Shown piece by piece: positions 1 through 9,430 of a stretch of DNA of 64,000 nucleotides. A model generated the notes under the pieces. It saw only the letters and a program-made list of their open reading frames with translations. It did no database searches and was not told the origin of the DNA. The stretch lies in the sequence record MT708547.1, one strand, 5' to 3'. Each line of letters opens with the position of its first letter. The first letter of the stretch is position 1. Both the position numbers and the translations under genes were made by a program.

Positions 1-296
1 TGTAATTCAACTACATAACCGTAATCAATTTTTTCGGCTGCAATATTCAATAGTTCAACTCTTGGTTCTTCATACACAATTCTCCTACAGTCAGCTTCAA
101 TAAGATTGAGTGTGTTGTAGCTATCCAGTGAGAAGATTAAATCCCAACCAATAAACCCGTAGTTAGCATCAAATGCTCTCTCTCCTTTTCTGGTATTGAA
201 GTGATTGAGAAGGTCTTGACGAATCAATTCTTCATTGTATAATGTTTTTGTTCTACCCTGTGATGGAGTAGAGAATCCTTTAAAAACAACAGCCAT
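1..296 (-). CDS. gp25: Baseplate wedge subunit gp25/GPW family (truncated by window start; not in ORF track)
   Basis: Manual translation from ATG at 296: MAVVFKGFSTPSQGRTKTLYNEELIRQDLLNHFNTRKGERAFDANYGFIGWDLIF...EPRVELL. LLNHFNTRKGER and EPRV are gp25-family motifs. Confidence 0.8.
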   Translation of the reverse strand, partial: MAVVFKGFSTPSQGRTKTLYNEELIRQDLLNHFNTRKGERAFDANYGFIGWDLIFSLDSYNTLNLIEADCRRIVYEEPRVELLNIAAEKIDYGYVVEL

Positions 297-310
297 ATAT
301 TAATTTCCTG

Positions 311-799
311 TTATGCAGCAGATTCGACGATTTTAGCCATTTTATCTGCACGAGATGTAGTTTGACGATACCACAGTGAATCACGCATCTGACGTCCTGC
401 TTCTTTATAATCAGCACGACCTAAAGCAGCAAGTGCTTTTTTGAAGTTAAGCACTTTTGATTTACCCATTTGAAATACCATTAGCCATAGAACACGCTGT
501 ACGCTCTCTGGAGCAGTCATACCGAATTGTTGATAGATTGCCTTAGCATCATTGTATGCTTGCTTAGCGTCCTTCAGGAGCAGTGCATCAGCCTCTTTTT
601 CAGTTAGTCCGTTTTTAAAGTTCTCGCCTTTTAAAACCAGATGACCATAACCAATAGTATCTAGACCTAAACTGTCTTTGTATACCCAGAATTTGTTATT
701 TTTAAAATAACCAAGTTTAGACTGATACGCGATAGTACCTTCAAACTCTTTGACTTCAGTAAAAAACTGTTTATCATCACTAGAAATAGACCAGCCCAT
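311..799 (-). CDS. Phage lysozyme (GH24, T4 e-like); probable endolysin
   Basis: FEG...KDSLGLDTIGYGHL (E/D/T catalytic triad), MVFQMG, SLWYRQT..RA motifs; preceded by TATAAATA late-promoter motif at 836..843. Confidence 0.9.
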   Translation of the reverse strand: MGWSISSDDKQFFTEVKEFEGTIAYQSKLGYFKNNKFWVYKDSLGLDTIGYGHLVLKGENFKNGLTEKEADALLLKDAKQAYNDAKAIYQQFGMTAPESVQRVLWLMVFQMGKSKVLNFKKALAALGRADYKEAGRQMRDSLWYRQTTSRADKMAKIVESAA

Positions 800-826
800 A
801 TTTTTACCTCTTTTACTTAAATTTAC

Positions 827-855
827 TTGACTTTGTATTTATATTAGAGTACATT
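827..855 (+). promoter_or_regulatory. Sigma70-like promoter for ORFs 910 and 1344
   Basis: TTGACT-N17-TACATT upstream of 910. Confidence 0.45.
836..843 (-). promoter_or_regulatory. T4-type late promoter TATAAATA (lysozyme/gp25)
   Basis: Exact T4 late consensus about 40 nt upstream of the lysozyme start; a gp55 homologue is encoded in the window. Confidence 0.6.
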
Positions 856-909
856 TGTGTAGTAAAAATATTTGAATACTAAAAGTTGTTAATTATTTAA
901 GGTGTTTAA

Positions 910-1332
910 ATGAGATATGATGTTATAAATGATGTTAGATCTGTTTCTGTGGTTAATAAAAAGTACTTCTATAAACCAAAAGGTAAAAACAATAAGAAGT
1001 ATGAAACCATGATTGATGAATACGGAACAGAAGTGATTTGTAGTGATGTACCACTTGATTTACCAGAATTATCATATGAATACAATTCTTCAATTGAATA
1101 CAATGGTGTTGAATTTATTTATAGAACGTATATTCGTGATAATTATGAAATAGAAGATGATGTAATATACAGACGTATGACAGATTACACTGAAATGGAT
1201 GAAGATGAGCTATTCCAGTACTCATTGGTATTCGAGAATGATAATTTTTCATTTCATGATGCAGTTAAAATACAAAAATGGTTAATTATGAGATATCGTG
1301 TTGTTAATACCACGATTAATGTGGATTTATAA
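910..1332 (+). CDS. Hypothetical protein
   Basis: 140-aa ORF with AGGTG RBS; no recognisable motif. Confidence 0.6.
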   Translation: MRYDVINDVRSVSVVNKKYFYKPKGKNNKKYETMIDEYGTEVICSDVPLDLPELSYEYNSSIEYNGVEFIYRTYIRDNYEIEDDVIYRRMTDYTEMDEDELFQYSLVFENDNFSFHDAVKIQKWLIMRYRVVNTTINVDL

Positions 1333-1343
1333 GAGAGATTATA

Positions 1344-1802
1344 ATGCCTGGAAAACCAGAGAAAATTTATGACAATACAGAATTAACCATTATACTGAAA
1401 AATGTAAACAATTACAAGAATCTAAGTCCAGAAGCAAGGGAGATATTCAAAGAAACGAATATCAAGTACAAACCGAGCGGTGCTGAAAGACCCTATGATA
1501 TGGATCATATTTACTATATGATTAGAGTTCTAACTGAGGTGTCACTTGATTCAGTACGAAAGAGTTTAATTCTAAGGACAGGTGTAGTATTATCTAACAA
1601 GTCAATACAAAGATATAAGCGTGTTGTAATAGAAGTATCAAAAGCATTGTTATGTACACACAGAAATGGTATTGCTTTGCATATCAAAAAAGAAGAAGGA
1701 AAACACTATTTGACAGATCAACAAAGTTCCAGATTGAACACTTTAAGGAAAAAGGGTGTCCCTATTGAGGACATGATAAATTACCTACAGAAACTGCTCT
1801 AG
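1344..1802 (+). CDS. Hypothetical basic protein, possible HTH DNA-binding protein
   Basis: 152-aa basic ORF; SLDSVRKSLILRTGVVLSNKSIQRYKRVV is HTH-like; ends immediately before the repeat island. Confidence 0.45.
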   Translation: MPGKPEKIYDNTELTIILKNVNNYKNLSPEAREIFKETNIKYKPSGAERPYDMDHIYYMIRVLTEVSLDSVRKSLILRTGVVLSNKSIQRYKRVVIEVSKALLCTHRNGIALHIKKEEGKHYLTDQQSSRLNTLRKKGVPIEDMINYLQKLL

Positions 1803-1921
1803 CCCAGTATTCATGCGGGTTGTAGGAATTAGGGACACCTTTTTGTGTGTTTTTTTGGTGCAGTGTCCCTAATTCAGACCAAGAACCCAGTATTCATGCG
1901 GGTTGTAGGAATTAGGGACAC
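1803..1921. repeat. Two exact 36-bp direct repeats with an intervening inverted 13-bp partial copy (iteron-like)
   Basis: CCCAGTATTCATGCGGGTTGTAGGAATTAGGGACAC at 1803..1838 and 1886..1921; GTGTCCCTAATTC (reverse complement of the repeat end) at 1863..1875. Confidence 0.9.
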
Positions 1922-2328
1922 TCTATTATTAAATTCATACTTTTCCTGTCCTTAATTCAATAGGTCGCTACGCTCAAATATTGATCTTCGTCACTCCGTT
2001 CCTCGATCAATATTAAAATCGGCAATTTGCGTTTTGTTCTCGATTCGCAAGCGAACCAATCACAAACCCGCAGCGAATTGCGAATCTCCCTTCGGTCAGT
2101 CAGTAATACTGCTTTTGGGAGAAAGCAACTCTCGGAGTGATGAAAAACGAATTCCATTCGCCTCATGAAAAACCAACGAATAGTCGGTTCTGTTGAATTA
2201 CTTGAATTATAATTGTCTGTATTCACTTCTAAGAAGTTTTATACACTTCCTTAGTGGTTCTATGTCTTAAACAAGAAAACACATCAGAATGCGATACAGA
2301 GCGTTTTATGTGGTGTTACAGAAATAAC

Positions 2329-2360
2329 AAAAGGAGCACAAGGCTCCCTTTGTTTTTTTT
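2329..2360 (-). terminator. Rho-independent terminator after gp5-like gene (possibly bidirectional)
   Basis: GGAGC-ACAAG-GCTCC stem flanked by A and T tracts next to the stop at 2362. Confidence 0.6.
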
Positions 2361-2361
2361 A

Positions 2362-5022
2362 TTACTGACATGCCTCAAGACGGCGTGCCATAAACTCGGC
2401 ACGTCTTGTTGTTTGACCATACCATGCAGAGTTGCGAATGTGTGCCGCCGCCAGGCGATAGTTTCCCTGTGCCATAGCACCAAGCATACCCGTAAATTGT
2501 TGTACGCCCCCTTTACCCATCTGGAATACCATCTCGACTAGTACAAGTTGAGCCATATATGGTGTTTTCATCTTATAAGATGCATAGATAGAACTTGCAT
2601 CGTTGATTGCCTTTGTACTATCACGAACCAACATTGCATCAGCTTGTTCTTCAGTAATACCTGAACTGAAGTTTTCACCACGTAATACTAGGTGTCCATA
2701 ACCAATAGTTGGGAATCCTCTACTATCAGTATAAGTCCAGAATTTATCATTTCTAAAGTACCCTTTTGCTTGTTGATATTGTTTAGTACCTTCAAACTCT
2801 TTGAGTTCTGGCATTAATGTAGAATCACCTGGTTTGATTTGCCAATCCACCGCAGTTTTATCTACTGTACCAATATTCATTTCTTGTGGGGAGTAATTAA
2901 CCACTGTACTGCTTTTTGATGTTCTTGGTCGTCTAACCGGAACATGACGAGACCCACGTTGTGCATAACCAGAACCAATTGTTTGTATCTTGGTACTAAC
3001 AACCAGTTCATTACTATCATTACCAGACACCACTACTGTGTTAGATGATGTTTCTTTGGTAGCTTTACCTTGTATTAGTGTTTTATTTGCACATTCTGAA
3101 CCCGTACCAGTTTGGGTAGCATAGAATAGACCAGGATCTACTGTACCACTAAAACCATATAAATTGGCTGAATCGACGCGAATTTCAAATTTCAAAATAC
3201 CACTTGCAGTACCAATTTCTTGTCCTTTTTGTACTACATCTTTACTATACAATGAAGTTTTCAAACCATAAAATACTGATTTATACCCAGAATTATGTAC
3301 AATATACACTGCATTATTATATATACCAACTGTACCGGCATCAGGTGCAACTACAGTAGAATTACATTGTATTTCCCAGCCATTATGATCTGTTGTACTT
3401 CCTTTATTGTCAGTTATATTTTTACCCCAATACCCGTACTGACGAATAATACCATTACATGGCATTAACATGTGAAGACCTTCATATGTTTGGGAATAAC
3501 CATTCATACCAGTATCAGTCATTAAATCTTGTGTCTGTACTTGAGATGTTTCTGGGGCGTATGAGATGAACTGTACGGCCTCCTGTTGTTGAGCCTGTAC
3601 CAACTGTGGCTGGACGTCATTCGCAGGTTGTGGATGTACTGGTGCCGTAGTTGAACCACTTCCTGAACCATTGTAACCTGTATCTACGGTACTACCATGA
3701 TTTGATGCATCCTGCCAGTTTGAAATATTATGAATATGTTCATTAAGTCCAGCATTTGGTGTTTTAAAGTCCGGTGCCATAAATTCAGCAGTACCCTTAT
3801 TACCTGAAGCATCAACTGTAAGATTCTGCCCACCACCACTGATATTAGTGGATGAATCACCGATGATGTTAGCAGTTGAACCTTTCATGGAAACATTACT
3901 ACCAGCAGTCACATCAGTACTACTACCGCTTTGTAAACGTAAAGAAGCAGCCGTCACCAATCGTAAATCTGCACCACTATTGATAACTACTTGTCCTTCT
4001 ATTTTAGAATCCAATGAACCAAGTAATTCAAGTTTAGTATTACCACTAATACGAGCATTAAGATCCTGTCCAGTTTCTATATTACATGATCTACCAGCAA
4101 CCATATTAATATCCTGACCAGCACGAATGTTAATATTTTTATCGCAGTGAATATTAATATCTCCATCACCGGTAAATGATATACGAGCAGTACCATCACG
4201 ATTGATTAATAAAATATCACCAGTTGCCTCAGATAACATCAACTGAGCACCACTACGAGTACGCAAAACAATACCTTCATTGGTTCTTGCTCCCACCCTG
4301 GTATCATTTACTGGGTTGTTGAATTGTGTATCCTGATAAGTATCTGGATCATCATCCCATGAAGGAACATTAAGTTCATCATCGGTATATCCATCATCTA
4401 GTACAAAACTATTACCCCTTGGTGTACTCATACCATATACTGTACTAATCATTTGTCTGGTACTACTTCTGTTAGCTACACCAGCTTCTTTGTCGTATAA
4501 AAGGTTTTGTTTTTTTAAACCTTCAACGATAGGAACATTGACATATTTTTCATTTTGATCAGTACTGATGGTATTTCTGTCATAATCGGTAACTGGTAAT
4601 GGAGAATCTGTACCACTATATTGTGATGTAGTGGAAGTTGCCATACCTGGAACCATTGTGTTCATTCGTTGTTCGTATATACAACCAATCCAGTAAGCTT
4701 CATGTGATCTACCCTGAATGAATATAACAATTACTGGACAGCCTACATCGGGAGGTACCGCCCAGAATCCATAACCTTTTGGATACTGACCGTATGCATC
4801 AGCACTCGGTACACCTGGGGTTTTACCTGCAAATGGAGACATATAAGAACATTCAATCCATGATTTCTTATCGTCTCGTTCACTTTGTGAACCCTGAACC
4901 CATACTTTAATTTTACCACTCATAGTAGGATCTCGGTTGTCCATAACAATCGCTACCTGTGGATAAGCTGGGTCAAAACGACCCAACTGTTCTTTTGCAT
5001 ACTGTTTACTTGTATCTACCAT
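2362..5022 (-). CDS. gp5: Baseplate central spike / tail lysozyme, gp5-like: OB fold, beta-helix, HxH tip, degenerate M23, C-terminal lysozyme
   Basis: N-terminal AIVMDNRDPTMSGKIKVWV...GFWAVPPDVGCPVIVIF (gp5/VgrG OB fold), Val/Gly/Asn beta-helix repeats, GLNEHIH, M23-like segment, C-terminal TIGYGHL lysozyme. Confidence 0.85.
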   Translation of the reverse strand: MVDTSKQYAKEQLGRFDPAYPQVAIVMDNRDPTMSGKIKVWVQGSQSERDDKKSWIECSYMSPFAGKTPGVPSADAYGQYPKGYGFWAVPPDVGCPVIVIFIQGRSHEAYWIGCIYEQRMNTMVPGMATSTTSQYSGTDSPLPVTDYDRNTISTDQNEKYVNVPIVEGLKKQNLLYDKEAGVANRSSTRQMISTVYGMSTPRGNSFVLDDGYTDDELNVPSWDDDPDTYQDTQFNNPVNDTRVGARTNEGIVLRTRSGAQLMLSEATGDILLINRDGTARISFTGDGDINIHCDKNINIRAGQDINMVAGRSCNIETGQDLNARISGNTKLELLGSLDSKIEGQVVINSGADLRLVTAASLRLQSGSSTDVTAGSNVSMKGSTANIIGDSSTNISGGGQNLTVDASGNKGTAEFMAPDFKTPNAGLNEHIHNISNWQDASNHGSTVDTGYNGSGSGSTTAPVHPQPANDVQPQLVQAQQQEAVQFISYAPETSQVQTQDLMTDTGMNGYSQTYEGLHMLMPCNGIIRQYGYWGKNITDNKGSTTDHNGWEIQCNSTVVAPDAGTVGIYNNAVYIVHNSGYKSVFYGLKTSLYSKDVVQKGQEIGTASGILKFEIRVDSANLYGFSGTVDPGLFYATQTGTGSECANKTLIQGKATKETSSNTVVVSGNDSNELVVSTKIQTIGSGYAQRGSRHVPVRRPRTSKSSTVVNYSPQEMNIGTVDKTAVDWQIKPGDSTLMPELKEFEGTKQYQQAKGYFRNDKFWTYTDSRGFPTIGYGHLVLRGENFSSGITEEQADAMLVRDSTKAINDASSIYASYKMKTPYMAQLVLVEMVFQMGKGGVQQFTGMLGAMAQGNYRLAAAHIRNSAWYGQTTRRAEFMARRLEACQ

Positions 5023-5033
5023 TATTATTTCCT

Positions 5034-7367
5034 TTAATTGGTATCAGAATTAGAATTTGATGTAGAATCTGAACGTTTTAATGCACGAACTACTAATGCT
5101 GCCTGAAGTTGTTGTGTAAATGAACCGCCATTAGAGAACGTACTAACTACTTTATTAACTCTATAAAAAGAACTATTAAAAATTGTTGGGGTACTTACAT
5201 CCAAAATACCGGTATTATCATTAATAGAAACAACTGGTTTAATATTAAGTAAAAGATATGCTTCAGTATCCAGATAGTTAGCATAATAAAAATCATCAAC
5301 ATCCAATGATATTTCTTGTCCATCCTGAACAATTTGTTTAATGTATTTTAAAAAAGAATAATCACTCCATCCCAACCAGTAAGGATCTCCAACAACTTTC
5401 ATGTCAAGATTCATTAGAAAAGGGCGAACATAATAATTATCACGCATGTTACGCCTAATCATTTCTTCTGAACTACTATTATCATTAACGGAAGCACTTG
5501 TGGTAGTGTAGTTATTCTCTGCTTCAGTAGGAACTGCGTAAATTAAATTATCACGAGTGGTAATATTACCAGTATCGCTTCCAGTACCACTGTGCTCAGA
5601 TGAAACGTTGTCATTGTAATCTTCTACGTATTCTCGGTTAACTTGAACTTTGAAGTTATTAAGTTCATCCTGTTCTTCTTGTGCTCCAACTTTTTGTAAT
5701 GGAATAAGTGATTCATTAACTTTTTTAACGAATTGTTTTTGTTCATCTGTTAATACAGTACCAAGTTTTTCTTTTGTTTTTAAATCATAAGCAACTTCCC
5801 ATGCATCCGGTAGTGTTTTGTACTGAACACCGTCCAGAATAAACGGAGTACTGGCATGAGTACCACCAATATTTTTAGTGTCTTGTATTGGTGTGGGGTT
5901 ACGTGTTGTAGCAACAAAAAACTGTTGATCGAATTTTAAATCTAAATTTAAAATTTCCTGGTTAAGACCCGTAAAATGATAATTATAAGTTTTGGCTTTT
6001 ATTTTTGTTTTGTTATCACTTGGATCTATATATTTCTTAGCCTCATTAAAAAATGTTTCAAAATTAAATCTTTCTTTTTCCAAATCTTTCTCATGAACAA
6101 TATCACCGAGTTTATATGGTAAAATATTAAAAATAACTTTATATACAGTAGTATTTCGATATGGATCAAACCCCACATATTCCTGTACTGGAATGATATT
6201 AACAAATTGACGAACACTTTGTACATCTGCTGGATTACCACAGTTATCAAGTACATCATCGATTATTCTTGAAACTGGAGTACTGGCATTCCATGACAAA
6301 TACTTTGAACCTTGTTGACCTGTACTTGTCTTACCTACTTCGGAACTTTGTTTAGAATCATAATTGATATATAAATCTTTAAGAGAAGGAGTGACTCTTA
6401 ATTCAAAGAATTTTTGATCAGAAAGTTCACTAAACAATGGGACAAGATATCCATATTGTCTCATTGACATTTCATTTAATTTATCTTCTAAATCTGCACA
6501 TAATTCGTCAAAATATGCAGCAGTGCAGTTATATTGTTCTTTTAATGTCCATGAATTATTATCAACTAAACTTCTTGTGTTAGCCACTAATTGCATATTG
6601 TATTTCATTACGCTACCAGTTTGAGAAGCCTGTGCCAGTACTTTAATCATACGCACTGACCATTTTCTGGTAATATCAGGAATAACTGTTGGTGCTCCAT
6701 CTTTATATCCAATAAATTTTAATTCGAGAATAAGAGGTACATCACCAAATTTCTTATAGCCAAGTTTGTTGCTTAATACAATTAATGTATCATATAAACT
6801 CATACTATTATTTTCAGTAACAGAAATTTCATATGTATTAGAACTATAACAAGTGGTTAAACCTGGAGAAGCTGGAACTGCGTTAGTAATTTTAACATCA
6901 GTAATACTATAATTAGAGGTAACACCACTTTCAGCAATAATATATTCTTGTGATTCCCAGTTTGGCTCTTTGTTAAACATTTTGAAATCATCCGGTGATA
7001 ATGCATAAAGGGAAAAATGCCATGTGTAATTATCATACTGTAATAGAACATTTTCATAATTAACTACATAGTCATTAAAATCTTTTCCATAAAATACACC
7101 ATCTAATGGTCTATCTGTGCCATTATTTTCTGGTTGTGGGTTCGCCGCAAATTTGTTATTACTAATAGCACTAACATCATTTTTAAAAGAATTTACTTTA
7201 TTTTGTAATATAGAAGAAATGTCTTTTGTAGCACTACTTTCGGATGTTGTAGTACTTGTTGAGTTTGATACACTGCTTGTAGTACTACTTGATGCTGTTT
7301 TAGCTTGTTCTACATCATCAGCAAATGTTTGTGCTTGTTTTGCTAGATTACTTAAATTGAATGCCAT
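5034..7367 (-). CDS. Baseplate hub-like structural protein (gp27-like position)
   Basis: 777 aa between gp53-like and gp5-like genes; C-terminal MKVVGDPYWLG...YRVNKVVSTFSNGGSFTQQL is typical of hub proteins. Confidence 0.55.
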   Translation of the reverse strand: MAFNLSNLAKQAQTFADDVEQAKTASSSTTSSVSNSTSTTTSESSATKDISSILQNKVNSFKNDVSAISNNKFAANPQPENNGTDRPLDGVFYGKDFNDYVVNYENVLLQYDNYTWHFSLYALSPDDFKMFNKEPNWESQEYIIAESGVTSNYSITDVKITNAVPASPGLTTCYSSNTYEISVTENNSMSLYDTLIVLSNKLGYKKFGDVPLILELKFIGYKDGAPTVIPDITRKWSVRMIKVLAQASQTGSVMKYNMQLVANTRSLVDNNSWTLKEQYNCTAAYFDELCADLEDKLNEMSMRQYGYLVPLFSELSDQKFFELRVTPSLKDLYINYDSKQSSEVGKTSTGQQGSKYLSWNASTPVSRIIDDVLDNCGNPADVQSVRQFVNIIPVQEYVGFDPYRNTTVYKVIFNILPYKLGDIVHEKDLEKERFNFETFFNEAKKYIDPSDNKTKIKAKTYNYHFTGLNQEILNLDLKFDQQFFVATTRNPTPIQDTKNIGGTHASTPFILDGVQYKTLPDAWEVAYDLKTKEKLGTVLTDEQKQFVKKVNESLIPLQKVGAQEEQDELNNFKVQVNREYVEDYNDNVSSEHSGTGSDTGNITTRDNLIYAVPTEAENNYTTTSASVNDNSSSEEMIRRNMRDNYYVRPFLMNLDMKVVGDPYWLGWSDYSFLKYIKQIVQDGQEISLDVDDFYYANYLDTEAYLLLNIKPVVSINDNTGILDVSTPTIFNSSFYRVNKVVSTFSNGGSFTQQLQAALVVRALKRSDSTSNSNSDTN

Positions 7368-7376
7368 AATAACCTC

Positions 7377-7703
7377 TTATTGGACGTTTCTCGAAGTCCC
7401 AAGATACGTTTGAATTCTTTGTGGTGTGGGTACTTTAATAACTAAACCACTTTTAAAATTATAAATTGGATCTTCACCTAATAAATCTGGATTAAGAAGT
7501 GCAAAAATATAATACAAACGTTCATTGCCGTATAATTCATATGATAATCTCCACGGCTGTTCATCGTATTTGGCAGGAATTTCGTAATCCTGATCACTAT
7601 CCGCCGCCACCATATCTCTTGGTAAATTATAATCCAGATACCATGTCTTTTCAGTCTTTGCATATGGAGAAAATTGGCTTGGACTTGCATTAGAATTAGA
7701 CAT
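7377..7703 (-). CDS. gp53: Baseplate wedge protein, gp53/LysM (tail protein X)-like
   Basis: YEIPAKYDEQPWRLSYELYGNERLYYIFALLNPD...GLVIKVP pattern. Confidence 0.7.
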   Translation of the reverse strand: MSNSNASPSQFSPYAKTEKTWYLDYNLPRDMVAADSDQDYEIPAKYDEQPWRLSYELYGNERLYYIFALLNPDLLGEDPIYNFKSGLVIKVPTPQRIQTYLGTSRNVQ

Positions 7704-8434
7704 TAAATAAATCCTCCTTTGCGTAATAAGTCTCCACGCTTAAATGAATTAAGATTAAAATTTTTGGTAACATAATCCGATGTAGGTTGTTCTTCTAATT
7801 GTATAGTTACAGGGACTTTGTGTGGAACCCATACTTCGTTTTGTTGATTCATATAACCATTACTTCTTAATTGATCAAAAAAAGTTCTGGTATCCGCATC
7901 ACTTAAATTAAATGTAGTAGTGCTACTATCTACTGGAACCTGAATATAATCAACATCGTTGGTTAAAGAAAAATTATAACTTTTTAAAATAACAGGAATA
8001 TCATTATATACATATCTTCCATAAGCACTTAGTAGTAAAATCGGTGGAGGTGCACCAGCCACCGCATAATCATTATTACTGCTCATAGCAGCCTGTCTAC
8101 CAAAATCCATCAAAGATACACTTCTTATGAAATGCATACATGCTAAAGTATACAGTGCTTCTGTTGGTGTATTACTAACGAACTCACCTTGAATATTAAA
8201 AATAGTATTACTCGTATTTTTATAATTATTATAATTTGAATTTGAATGTACAGGTGATTGTGTTTCATAAACTACTGAACGTTGTTCAGTGATAGTTGGG
8301 GTAACATTCCATACTAAACCATTAGAACTTCTAAGAAAGGATAGTAACGTTGGTGTGGAAGCATCTCCATAATCACCGTATACATAATTCGCACCCGCAT
8401 CCTTTGGTCTTAATCTTACACGGCGGTCAATCAT
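7703..8434 (-). CDS. Baseplate/tail-tube initiator-like protein (gp48/gp54-like)
   Basis: Tube-fold-like motifs (GAPPPILLLSAYGRYVYNDIPVILKSYNFSL); first gene of the baseplate operon; late promoter TATAAATA at 8463..8470 (-). Confidence 0.55.
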   Translation of the reverse strand: MIDRRVRLRPKDAGANYVYGDYGDASTPTLLSFLRSSNGLVWNVTPTITEQRSVVYETQSPVHSNSNYNNYKNTSNTIFNIQGEFVSNTPTEALYTLACMHFIRSVSLMDFGRQAAMSSNNDYAVAGAPPPILLLSAYGRYVYNDIPVILKSYNFSLTNDVDYIQVPVDSSTTTFNLSDADTRTFFDQLRSNGYMNQQNEVWVPHKVPVTIQLEEQPTSDYVTKNFNLNSFKRGDLLRKGGFI

Positions 8435-8462
8435 TTTTATTTCTCCATTAGGACATTTATAA

Positions 8463-8470
8463 TATTTATA
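8463..8470 (-). promoter_or_regulatory. T4-type late promoter TATAAATA (baseplate operon)
   Basis: Exact consensus about 30 nt upstream of 8434. Confidence 0.65.
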
Positions 8471-8471
8471 T

Positions 8472-8501
8472 TTGAATAAAAACTATTTTTTGTACTATAA
8501 T
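8472..8501 (+). promoter_or_regulatory. TTGAAT-N18-TATAAT promoter (gp55/47/46 operon)
   Basis: Member of the conserved promoter class listed in findings. Confidence 0.7.
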
Positions 8502-8551
8502 ATGTACAATGATCCATATTATGGACAACGTGCAATCAAAAGGATTTGTAA

Positions 8552-9430
8552 ATGACACGCCCACGTAGAAAAAAATATCTCAATAATGCAGATCTATTGA
8601 GAGAAATTCAAAAAAGCAAAATGACATATTGTTCTGTAATAGATCCTATATACAATATGTATGATTTCATTGTTTTTGATGAATCAGAAATCGATGAAGA
8701 GATTCTACAAAAAGCAAAAACTGCAAGAATCAAACGTCTAAATAATGAAATCCTCGAAAATACAAGGAATGTTCTGAATTGTGGAACTAAAAAGGCTCGT
8801 GAACATTGCATTGAACAGGATTTATTCTTAAAAGATGTACCAGATGATGAAGTTGTTATTAGAGTAATCACAAATGAACACATTCCAGAAGGAACACGTA
8901 CAAATTTCGAAGCATTTAAGCAATATATTATCAGTACTGATGGTGAATTGATTGAAGTTGCTAGAAGTCACTGGAAAGGTGATTTTGAAACCGGAGAATT
9001 CATTGTTAATGGTGGTAAGTTAACTAATGAGCTTGGTAAAATGTTCATTAAGCTGGTTGAAGAGATTTCACATAAAGCTAATTTTAGAAATTATACATAC
9101 TTAGATGAAATGCAAGGTGAAGCACGAATTCAGTTGGTAAAAAATGCTCTACTTTTCAAAGAAAGTATGTTGTACAAAAAAGATAAACCTACTAATCAAC
9201 TAAATCCATTTTCTTATTATACAAGTTTCGTAACTAATTCGTTTCGTTCTGTTCTTAATAGTGAAAAAACTGTTCGTAATATCCGAGATGATTTATTGGA
9301 AATCAACGGTTTCACTCCATCACATACACGTCAATTGGAAATTGAAGTACAAATGATTGAACGAAAGAAAGAAGAAGAACAGGAACAAGAAGAAGAGAAA
9401 AATATCGATGAAAACCGACATTTTATTTGA
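8552..9430 (+). CDS. gp55: Late-transcription sigma factor, gp55-like
   Basis: YLNNADLL N-terminus; NFRNYTYLDEM and NPFSYYT motifs match T4 gp55; upstream of gp47/gp46 as in T4. Confidence 0.8.
   Translation: MTRPRRKKYLNNADLLREIQKSKMTYCSVIDPIYNMYDFIVFDESEIDEEILQKAKTARIKRLNNEILENTRNVLNCGTKKAREHCIEQDLFLKDVPDDEVVIRVITNEHIPEGTRTNFEAFKQYIISTDGELIEVARSHWKGDFETGEFIVNGGKLTNELGKMFIKLVEEISHKANFRNYTYLDEMQGEARIQLVKNALLFKESMLYKKDKPTNQLNPFSYYTSFVTNSFRSVLNSEKTVRNIRDDLLEINGFTPSHTRQLEIEVQMIERKKEEEQEQEEEKNIDENRHFI

Noticed and set aside
1803-1921. 36-bp repeat / 47-bp spacer / 36-bp repeat as a mini-CRISPR array
   Set aside because: Only two repeats, the spacer contains an inverted piece of the repeat, and there is no cas operon in the window. 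The PD-(D/E)XK exonuclease at 62667 is a standard phage nuclease. An iteron interpretation fits better.
1957-2541. ORFs 1957..2226 (-) and 2254..2541 (+)
   Set aside because: Atypical composition, no RBS; the first overlies the hairpin island and the second is antisense to gp5.
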